NCBI GenBank assembly: GCA_963205315.1
Contig: CAUJIO010000056.1
Coordinates: 94,917-118,916 of the forward strand
Length of the DNA: 24,000 nucleotides
Reading direction: 5' to 3'
DNA from: Pseudomonadota bacterium
Lineage (GTDB): Bacteria > Pseudomonadota > Alphaproteobacteria > Rhizobiales > Aestuariivirgaceae
The notes under the pieces: model-generated
Databases searched by the model: none
The model's input: the letters and a program-made list of their open reading frames with translations, nothing else
What the model was told of the DNA's origin: nothing
Shown here: piece by piece, positions 16,898-24,000 of the stretch
Layout of the letters: each line of letters starts with the position of its first letter
Numbering within the stretch: the stretch's first letter is position 1
Translations under genes and position numbers: made by a program

Positions 16898-18276
16898 GTT
16901 TGATCTCCTTCGTCATTGGCCAAGCGGCCAGCAAGCAGGCGTGGCCCTGGCTGATCGCTACCTTGCCACGCCTCACACTGGGCGAAGGTGTCGCCGGTCG
17001 CCAGCAGGGTGGCGACACGTCCCGTCATCTGCTGCCAGCGGCGTACCGCAGCATCGACATAATGCGGGTCAATTTCGATGGCGGCGGCGACCCTGCCGGT
17101 CTTCTCGGCCGCGATGATGGTTGTTCCCGATCCACAGAAGGGATCGAGCACTAGGTCGCCGCGCCGCGTGCAGTCCTTGATGGCGTCACCGATCAGGGCC
17201 ACCGGCTTGACGGTCGGATGGATGGCAAGAAGGGAATCCCGGTCGCGGCCAAAGCTGTTGATGCCCGCGTAATCCCAGACATTGGTGCGGTAACGTCCGT
17301 GCCGGCCCAATTCGATGTTGTTGATGTGCGGCACGTTACCCACCTTGTAGACGGCGACCAGTTCATGCTTGGAGCGATAGAGTGATCCCATGCCGGCATT
17401 GGTCTTGTTCCAGACGCAGATGTTCTTGAGCTCACCGTAGATGGAACCCGCGGCAGCGAAGAGGTGAGGCAGGTGGCGCCAATCCATGAACACGTAGTGG
17501 AGGGCACCATCCCTACTGAACCGTGCCGCTAGGCCAAGACTGGTGTTTAGGAAGCCAGTGAACTCGGTATCGGTCATTTCGCCCGATGCCATGGCGAACT
17601 CCCGGTGTTTCACCTGGCCAATCCCGCAGACGTGGCCGTCGATCGGCACGTTGTAGGGCGGATCGGTGATAACGGCTGTCGCCAGTCTTCTTTCGAAGAG
17701 CTGATCGTATGACGCAGGATCGAGGGCGCTCCCACAAAGCAGACGATGGTGGCCGAGGCACCAGATATCGCCGAGAGTCGAAACGGCGGGCACCTGAGCG
17801 TGAAGCGGTGGCAGATCATCCAGCTTTGAAGACGCGGAAGCGGGACCATCAAGCAGCAGATCAACTTCCGCGGTCTCGAAACCGACAGCCTCGAAATCGA
17901 AACTGATGTCGAACTTCGCCAGGAAGTTCAGCTCGCGCGCAAGAATCTCCATATCCCATTCGGCTTTTTGGGCCAGTCGGTTGTCAGCAATCCGAAAGGC
18001 ACGAATCTGTGCGGGCGTGAGATGTGAAATACGAATGACGGGGATGGAGGTCAGGCCGAGCTGGATGGCAGCCCGCCATCTTGCTTCACCGGCGATGATC
18101 TCATTGTCATCATTGACGAGCGCTGGGACGAGAAAACCATGCTCCATGATGTTGCGTACCAACATTTCAATTTGACGCTGAATGTGCCGCCGGGGATTGT
18201 TGGGACTTGGTCTCAGTTGGTCGGGGGAGACATTTTCGATCTGTAGTCGAAGATTGTCGTGGTATATGAGGTTCAT
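16894..18276 (-). CDS. ParB/Srx-like N-terminal domain fused to site-specific DNA methyltransferase
   Basis: VSPDQLRPSPNNPRRHIQRQIEMLVRNIMEHGFLVPALVNDDNEIIAGEARWRAA (ParB-like) and ATAVITDPPYNVPIDG (DPPY), TVKPVALIGDAIKDCTRRGDLVLDPFCGSGTTIIAAEKTGR (AdoMet motif). Confidence 0.93.
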   Translation of the reverse strand: MNLIYHDNLRLQIENVSPDQLRPSPNNPRRHIQRQIEMLVRNIMEHGFLVPALVNDDNEIIAGEARWRAAIQLGLTSIPVIRISHLTPAQIRAFRIADNRLAQKAEWDMEILARELNFLAKFDISFDFEAVGFETAEVDLLLDGPASASSKLDDLPPLHAQVPAVSTLGDIWCLGHHRLLCGSALDPASYDQLFERRLATAVITDPPYNVPIDGHVCGIGQVKHREFAMASGEMTDTEFTGFLNTSLGLAARFSRDGALHYVFMDWRHLPHLFAAAGSIYGELKNICVWNKTNAGMGSLYRSKHELVAVYKVGNVPHINNIELGRHGRYRTNVWDYAGINSFGRDRDSLLAIHPTVKPVALIGDAIKDCTRRGDLVLDPFCGSGTTIIAAEKTGRVAAAIEIDPHYVDAAVRRWQQMTGRVATLLATGDTFAQCEAWQGSDQPGPRLLAGRLANDEGDQT

Positions 18277-18466
18277 CGAGGTACCCGTTATAAATGTGGG
18301 GACCCGCTTAAGTGCAGTTCCCATACTATTACGGCGCAACTAACTCTGTAACAGAGCGGAATTTCCCACTGGCTCGGAAGTCGTCGGTCGGCGCCTTTGT
18401 CGGTAAGTTTTGCGATGACGGAGATGTTGCCCCTCTGAAGATTGCAGACGGGGACAGGCAATCGAT

Positions 18467-18590
18467 TCAAATGGCGAACCATTCATCATTTGGGCAGCGT
18501 TTCACATTGCTGAAGTGGCGGGTATAGGCATCGGGAACTGTCGTACGGACCGGCACGACCGCGTGGGTCGCATGGATGCGGCATAACGCA
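18467..18590 (-). pseudogene. Remnant of the C-terminus of an MBL-fold (beta-CASP/RNase J-like) metallo-hydrolase, copy 1
   Basis: Reverse translation VVPVRTTVPDAYTRHFSNVKRCPNDEWFAI*; the vPiHT...Y..hF.NV....GEWF pattern resembles the end of such hydrolases; no catalytic HxHxDH core nearby. Confidence 0.45.
18473..18539 (+). repeat. Direct repeat copy 1 (pairs with 19566-19632)
   Basis: GGCGAACCATTCATCATTTGGGCAGCGTTTCACATTGCTGAAGTGGCGGGTATAGGCATCGGGAACT; 63 of 67 positions match copy 2 by hand alignment. Confidence 0.9.
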
Positions 18591-18766
18591 GCAGCGATTT
18601 TGGGTCGACATGGCCTGGGCTGTGACGCTGGATGAGCGTCTCGCTGCGGTCGCAGCTGTAATCGGATGATCCGCTGCTGTTTAATGGCCAGATGCGTGAA
18701 TGGCGCCGGATGCATGAATGAGCATCAAGCTCAGATGTTGTCGCGTTTCGCTGTGTGAATGATCAA

Positions 18767-19186
18767 TCAACAAACCTCCAATGCGGCGTCAGAAAGAAAG
18801 GCTTGAGTCTCCCACAGCCCACGTCTGAATGAAAGAATGTCCAGATCATCTTGCCTGTCCCATTCCACATTGAGAACCTTGCGGACGTACTGAGACGTGA
18901 AGTCTTTCATGATGTCCGGGTGGTTCGCCATGTGTTCGGGGATGTCCTCAAACCAAATATTGAGGCCATAAGGCAGATTGGCTTTCTGACTGCATAGCGC
19001 GAGCCAATACTTTGCCTCCTTGGTTGCGTTGAACAACCGTTGAAACGGTGTTCGATATGACAGCATGAGCGGCCACGCTCGTGCGGTAAGCCGCCGCTGT
19101 GTGCCGATCGCCTCCCAGTGTCTGTTCGCCATTGCGAACTGTACTGCCCGGTCTCGTATCATCCTAACTCGCTCTTTGCGCGTCAT
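18767..19186 (-). CDS. Hypothetical protein
   Basis: MTRKERVRMIRDRAVQFAMANRHWEAIGTQRRLTARAWPLMLSYRTPFQRLFNATKEAKYWLALCSQ...; coherent composition, but no family recognised. Confidence 0.5.
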   Translation of the reverse strand: MTRKERVRMIRDRAVQFAMANRHWEAIGTQRRLTARAWPLMLSYRTPFQRLFNATKEAKYWLALCSQKANLPYGLNIWFEDIPEHMANHPDIMKDFTSQYVRKVLNVEWDRQDDLDILSFRRGLWETQAFLSDAALEVC

Positions 19187-19559
19187 ACCGACCTCACTTA
19201 AGACCAGACTTGGGACTTGAGAAACAAGGGCAATGCCAAGTTGCATGGCTCTGGCGATGTCGTCTCGGATTGTCGGGGCACACTTTCCGGTCCGTCAGGC
19301 AAAGACGTTTCGTTTGTAGGCAGAGATTGGCAGGATAAGAGAAATGCATAGGCTCACTCGTCATGGTTTCGGGCACCCATGCGAGACTTTGCCCTTACCT
19401 TAACCGCCGTATTAACCCGTTAACAGAGCCGGACCGCCAAACAGCCATCTTATCCCCACAGGTTCGGGATTGGAGCGCGGTTCGACGTTTGCGGCCACAA
19501 GGTAATCGCAGGAGCAGCGATGTTGCCTATTGGAGAGATTGAGTAAGCTGTTGATACCT

Positions 19560-19700
19560 TCAAACGGCGAACCATTCACCATTTGGGCAGAGTTTCACAT
19601 TGCTGAAGTGGCTGGCATAGGCATCGGGAACTTCGGTATGGATCGGCACCACGGTGTCGGGCCGCATGGCTGCGGCAAAGCGTTGCACGGCAATGACTAA
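19560..19700 (-). pseudogene. Remnant of the C-terminus of an MBL-fold metallo-hydrolase, copy 2
   Basis: Reverse translation AVQRFAAAMRPDTVVPIHTEVPDAYASHFSNVKLCPNGEWFAV*, ending at TGA 19562-19560; no upstream catalytic domain. Confidence 0.5.
19566..19632 (+). repeat. Direct repeat copy 2 (pairs with 18473-18539)
   Basis: GGCGAACCATTCACCATTTGGGCAGAGTTTCACATTGCTGAAGTGGCTGGCATAGGCATCGGGAACT; offset 1093 bp from copy 1. Confidence 0.9.
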
Positions 19701-20907
19701 GATTTCTGCGAAGCGCGTCGCCGCGGAGGCCGAACTGATCGAAATCGCCCGGCAGCTTTCGGATCAGCAGCTCGCGATCGCCATCAAGCAGTTGCATGCG
19801 CTCAAAGAAGGAACGTGAAGCACCAGAAACTGACCCGGCCGTCCGAAGCGAACAGTGGTTTTAGGCAGCCGCAACAATTCCGCTGCACCCTCTGAATAGG
19901 CACACGGTTTGGCGAAGAGGAGGCTCAGTCTCTCCCTGATAACCAGAGCTGCCCCCCTGTTCTGACAAATCCGCTCCCTGTTATAAATTGACTGTCGCCT
20001 TAAAGTAAGCCGCTGATATACAAAGGGAAACCGAGAAGTTCACGGGAAATTTGGCTTTGATGTGAGTTCTTCCCTGTATTTCTCCCTGTTATTGGTGGCA
20101 CCGGCCAGAGACAGGTTCGCAGCAGTTCGAATCCACCGCCATTAATTCCTTGCATATTCATAAAGTCCTGACATGTTTCCCGAGCCGCGTGAAATGCCCG
20201 CGAAACGGGCCTGCTTTGCGTCGGCTAGCATCGGGATATTCGAACCGCACCAGAGACAACTTGGACTTCTGCGCTCACCTGGCCCGGAATTCTCAGTTCG
20301 GCGTTTCGGCAGTCAAGATCTCCGATGCAAACCATCATGAGTTGATGCAGTTGAGGAAAGTCATGTGCATCGGGTTCCAGAGTGGTTGCCGGTCAACTGC
20401 CTAGCAATTCACCGAAGGCGATAATTTGGTGTTCTCCGCGGACTCATATGCCCGGCGTTCATGGGTCCAAGCCAGATATTGAGACCGGAACGCACGAAGG
20501 CAGCTTCCCTGTTCGAAAGCCGCCTCTTCAATCACCAGGATGATTTTGAGACTTGAACTGCGGGTGCAAACCCCAGGATCTGCCTCTGGCTCGGCCAATC
20601 AAGCGGAAGATCATGAAGCGCCTGCAGCCTGCACGTGTGTTCAATGAGAAGATCATCGCCAACCGCCGCGAGTTCATTGCCAGTGAAATAGCAGCGCTCG
20701 AAGTTGCAGTGATGGATCGTGATGCCCAGCCCGTTACTCTGTAGCGGGCCTCCCCACTGTTGATCATAGAACATGTATGGAGGACGTCTAAAGGAGTTAA
20801 CCCGGTTCGCAGCGAGCGCAATCAATAAGAGAATTTGCCGCGCAGAATGTGAACGAGGCCTGCGGCGAGACCGGCTTTGGGCAATCCAGAAACCGGCCGG
20901 AAAATGA

Positions 20908-21540
20908 CTAAGAAGCCGACTGACCGCGTCTTGGCTGCGATGGTGGCGGAGTGCAGACGACCAGGATGCGTGCGTCTTCCTTGCTTGATGAAGTGTAGTT
21001 ATGTCCCCGGCTGCTGTCGAAATAGATACTTTCGCCTTCCCTCACCGTGGCAGGCGGCGCGCCGTCGAAGTATATTGTGATCTCGCCAGATATCACGTGG
21101 ACGAATTCCTCACCGACATGGCTGTTGAAGCCGGCGAAGTCCGATGGACTATGGGATTTGACAGTGCCGGTAATCGGCACCATGGCTTTGCCCCAGACAT
21201 CGGTGAAAAGGTACTCATAATTGTATTGAGCTGTTTCCTGTCGCCGAAATTTCCCCGTTTCGGCAAGGGCAATGAGCCCTCTGTGATATGTATCGCCCCC
21301 GGACTGGAAGAGGGCGGCAAAGTCGACGCCCAAGCCCCCAGCCAATTGCTGCAGGCGGTCGTAGGTCAATGCCATTTGATTTCGTTCGACTTTGGAAATG
21401 GTCGAGACTGCTAGTCCGGTCAAAGCCGCCACGTCTGACAGGCGCAGGTTCCGCTGAATGCGTAGTTCCTTCAGTCGCTTGCCGAACTCATCGCGCCGTG
21501 CTGCCGGAATGCCGGGAACTGCTTTCGGTTCAGACTTCAT
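20908..21540 (-). CDS. XRE-family transcriptional regulator with C-terminal cupin domain
   Basis: FGKRLKELRIQRNLRLSDVAALTGLAVSTISKVERNQMALTYDRLQQLAGGLGVDFAALF (HTH) followed by HVGEEFVHVISGEITIYFDGAPPATVREGESIYFDSSRGHNY (cupin). The start could also be 21567. Confidence 0.9.
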   Translation of the reverse strand: MKSEPKAVPGIPAARRDEFGKRLKELRIQRNLRLSDVAALTGLAVSTISKVERNQMALTYDRLQQLAGGLGVDFAALFQSGGDTYHRGLIALAETGKFRRQETAQYNYEYLFTDVWGKAMVPITGTVKSHSPSDFAGFNSHVGEEFVHVISGEITIYFDGAPPATVREGESIYFDSSRGHNYTSSSKEDARILVVCTPPPSQPRRGQSAS

Positions 21541-21566
21541 GATGAAAACCATATCACGAGTCTTCA

Positions 21567-21604
21567 TTTTCGTATCCGAAAACGCTTGTTTTCCTATACG
21601 AAAA
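21567..21604. promoter_or_regulatory. Inverted repeat, candidate operator between the XRE-cupin gene and the ABC operon
   Basis: TTTTCGTAT-N20-ATACGAAAA, perfect 9-nt arms. Confidence 0.5.
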
Positions 21605-21670
21605 TTGATGTTATGCGTCGGTGAGAAAAGTCAAGAACCGGCCCATTGATACTGAAAAGGGAGAGTGATC

Positions 21671-22657
21671 ATGAACCGCAAGGAATTTCTCAAGTCAGTC
21701 CTGGCTGCGGCCGGGGCTGCCACGTTTGGCGCGGGCGCAGCCCGGGCCGCTGAACCGCTCAAGATCGCCATTGCCAATTTCGGCGATCACCCGCAGCTCA
21801 ATGCGGCCTGGGAAGGTTTCAAAGCCGAGATCATCGCCGCCGGCTACAAGGAAGGCACCGATGTCACCTTTACGGTCGATCACGTGAACTTCGATGCGAC
21901 CCTCGTGCCGCAGATGCTCACCAAGATTGAAGCGATGAAGCCGAACCTCATTCTGGCCGTCACCACGCCCGTGGCGCAGATGGCCAAGAACCAGCTGGGC
22001 AAGAGCGGCATTCCCATCATCTTTACGGCAGTCACCGATCCGGTGGCGGCGGGCCTCGTTCCCTCGTGGGACAAGGGCGACGAAAACATGACCGGCTCGT
22101 CCGACATGCAGGACTTCGCCGCCACCATCAAGTTCACCCGGCAGCTTCTGCCTGATGCCAAGACCATCGGCGTGCCGTACAATCCGGGTGAGGCCAACGA
22201 CGTGGCCATGCTCGCCAAAATGAAGGAATTGGCGCCGGCGGAAGGCTTCGGTGTGGCCGAGGTCGGCATCGACAATGTCAACGACATCCAGCAGCGCGTG
22301 GCCTCGCTGGCCGGCAAGGCGGACGTGATCTATGTGCCGGGTTCGAACCTGATCCAGCCGGCCATTGCCGCAGTCGCCTCCGCAGCGCTTGCCGCCAAAA
22401 TCCCCATCGTCAACACCGATGACGGCCCGGTGAAGGATGACGTCGTTCCGGCAAGCTTCTCGATGAGCTATGACAAGGTGGGCCGCAACGCCGGCAAGAT
22501 TGCCGTGCGCGTTCTCAAGGGCGAAAAGCCTGCTGATGTGGCGCCCTCCAAGCCTGCCTATGAAGACCATGCGCCTGCCATCTCCAAGAAGGCGGCGGCG
22601 GCCTTCGGCATGGCCATCCCCGACAGCTTCAAGGATTGCGGCTGCATCGTTGAATGA
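21671..22657 (+). CDS. ABC transporter substrate-binding protein (TrpX/PF04392-like)
   Basis: Tat/Sec-like leader MNRKEFLKSVLAAAGAATFGAGAARAAEPLKIAIANFGDHPQLN; GTDVTFTVDHVNFDATLVPQMLTKIEAMKPNLILAVTTPVAQMAKN; FTAVTDPVAAGLV; IPIVNTDDGPVKDDVVPASFSMSYDKVGRNAGKIAVRVLKG. Confidence 0.9.
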   Translation: MNRKEFLKSVLAAAGAATFGAGAARAAEPLKIAIANFGDHPQLNAAWEGFKAEIIAAGYKEGTDVTFTVDHVNFDATLVPQMLTKIEAMKPNLILAVTTPVAQMAKNQLGKSGIPIIFTAVTDPVAAGLVPSWDKGDENMTGSSDMQDFAATIKFTRQLLPDAKTIGVPYNPGEANDVAMLAKMKELAPAEGFGVAEVGIDNVNDIQQRVASLAGKADVIYVPGSNLIQPAIAAVASAALAAKIPIVNTDDGPVKDDVVPASFSMSYDKVGRNAGKIAVRVLKGEKPADVAPSKPAYEDHAPAISKKAAAAFGMAIPDSFKDCGCIVE

Positions 22658-22704
22658 GCCGGACGGGGAGGCTTCCGGGCCTCCCCCACTACCGAGGGAA
22701 TAGC

Positions 22705-23484
22705 GTGTTAGAAGTAAAAGCGGCGCGGCGTTTGTTCCATCGCGGCCAGCCTGACGAGAAGGTTGCGCTCGACGGCCTTGATCTGTCGCTCGCCAGCGGT
22801 GATTTCGCGGTGGTGATCGGCTCGAACGGCGCCGGCAAGAGCACGCTGCTCAACGCCATTTCCGGCGCACTTCTTCTTGATTCCGGTTCCGTTGCCATCA
22901 ACGGCCGGGATGTGACTGCCATGCCGGTGCACCGGCGCGCGGCGTATGTGGCGCGGGTGTTCCAGGACCCGATGAAGGGCACCGCCGCTCCCATGACCAT
23001 TGCCGAGAACATGCTGCTCGCCGAGCTTCGCCACAAGCCGGCGACCCTGTCACGCGGGCTTACAAAAGAACGCCGCGAGTCCTATCGCGAGCAACTCTCC
23101 TATTTGCGCCTCGGGCTGGAGAACCGGCTCGATACGGTCGTGTCCACATTGTCCGGCGGTCAGCGGCAATCGCTGTCCCTGGTGATGGCCGTTTCTGGCA
23201 CGCCCGACATTCTGCTGCTGGACGAACACACGGCGGCGCTTGATCCGCGCACTGCCGATCTCGTGATGGATGCGACCATCCGCGCCGTCACGGCACTCAA
23301 GCTCACCACGCTGATGGTGACACACAACATGAAACACGCGGTCGACTACGGCAACAAGGTGGTCATGCTCGATTCCGGCAAGGTGCGCTTCGAGATGCAC
23401 GGCGAAGAAAAGAAGAATGCCACGGTGCAGGACCTCATTTCGCATTTCTCCATCAAGACCGACCGCATGATGCTGGATATCTGA
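22705..23484 (+). CDS. ABC transporter ATP-binding protein
   Basis: VIGSNGAGKSTLLNAISG (Walker A), LSGGQRQSLSLVMAVSGTPDILLLDEHTAALDP (signature/Walker B). Start at GTG 22705 preceded by GAGGGA; alternative ATG at 22654 overlapping the previous stop. Confidence 0.93.
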   Translation: MLEVKAARRLFHRGQPDEKVALDGLDLSLASGDFAVVIGSNGAGKSTLLNAISGALLLDSGSVAINGRDVTAMPVHRRAAYVARVFQDPMKGTAAPMTIAENMLLAELRHKPATLSRGLTKERRESYREQLSYLRLGLENRLDTVVSTLSGGQRQSLSLVMAVSGTPDILLLDEHTAALDPRTADLVMDATIRAVTALKLTTLMVTHNMKHAVDYGNKVVMLDSGKVRFEMHGEEKKNATVQDLISHFSIKTDRMMLDI

Positions 23485-23486
23485 TC

Positions 23487-24000
23487 ATGCTCGCTTCCTT
23501 CATTTCCAGTTTCATCGCGCTGATACCGGTCACCATCGCCCAGAGCCTCATCCTGAGCTTCGTGGTGCTGGCGATCATGATCCCTTTCCGCATCCTGAGC
23601 TTTCCGGATCTCACCAGCGAAGGCGCCTATCCACTGGGCGGGTGCGTCTGCGCCTTGGGGATGATTGCCGGGCTCAATCCGTTCCTCGCAGCGCTGGTCG
23701 CGATGGCCGCTGGTTTTCTCGCGGGTTCCTGCACGGCCTTCATCCATCTGCGCTTCCGCATTCATTCGCTGCTGGCCGGCATCCTGATGATGACCATGCT
23801 TTACAGCGTGAACCTGCGATTGCTGGGCCGTTCCAATCTTCCTGTCTTCAATATCCAGACGATCTATGACTACGCGCCCTCGGCACTGTCCGGGCCTTAT
23901 GCCAAGATCTTCATCGCGGGTCTGGTGGCGATTGCCGCCTATGTGGTGCTGCGTCTCTATTTCCTCACTGAAAAGGGAACGGCGATGCGCGCCGTCGGCG
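23487..24000 (+). CDS. ABC transporter permease (3' end off the right edge)
   Basis: MLASFISSFIALIPVTIAQSLILSFVVLAIMIPFRILSFPDLTSEGAYPLGGCVCALGMIAGLNPFLAALVAMAAGFLAGSCTAFIHLRFRIHSLLAGILMMTMLYSVNLR..., strongly hydrophobic, open to the window end. Confidence 0.9.
   Translation, partial: MLASFISSFIALIPVTIAQSLILSFVVLAIMIPFRILSFPDLTSEGAYPLGGCVCALGMIAGLNPFLAALVAMAAGFLAGSCTAFIHLRFRIHSLLAGILMMTMLYSVNLRLLGRSNLPVFNIQTIYDYAPSALSGPYAKIFIAGLVAIAAYVVLRLYFLTEKGTAMRAVG

Noticed and set aside
20122-20141. tRNA 3'-end-like string GCAGTTCGAATCCACCGCCA, considered as an att site or tRNA
   Set aside because: Contains a TTCGAAT T-loop-like core, but the flanks do not pair as a T-stem, no full cloverleaf fits, and no matching copy was noticed elsewhere in the window.
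1-24000. CRISPR arrays, retrons (reverse transcriptase), integrases and complete transposases
   Set aside because: No regularly spaced direct repeats, RT motifs, tyrosine/serine recombinase motifs or transposase ORFs were recognised.

Overview
The window is mostly a mosaic of accessory DNA. From left to right it contains: (1) a copper-resistance locus (1-4971). It has a truncated CopA-type P-ATPase, a small Cys/His-rich protein, a divergent CueR-type MerR regulator with a recognisable dyad, a small secreted protein, and an L,D-transpeptidase. (2) A compact block (5331-8876) that I cannot match to a named defence system. On the minus strand are a Gly-rich small protein, a PfkB-type kinase/nucleoside 2-deoxyribosyltransferase fusion, a QueC-like PP-loop enzyme and a nitroreductase-like protein, joined by ATGA or longer overlaps. 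A convergent OGG/HhH DNA-glycosylase-like gene lies beside them. QueC-like plus OGG-like genes recall the accessory genes of type IV CBASS, but no CD-NTase or TGT-like gene is visible. (3) A complete-looking qatABCD anti-phage operon (10139-14776). (4) A phage-derived fragment: TerL, a DUF5681-type protein and a ParB-DNA methyltransferase (15046-18276), followed by two remnants of an MBL-fold hydrolase 3' end. (5) A XRE-cupin regulator divergent from an ABC substrate-binding/ATPase/permease operon that runs off the right edge. The best candidate for an undescribed system is block (2), next to qatABCD. All family calls come from motif recognition by eye; no database search was run.
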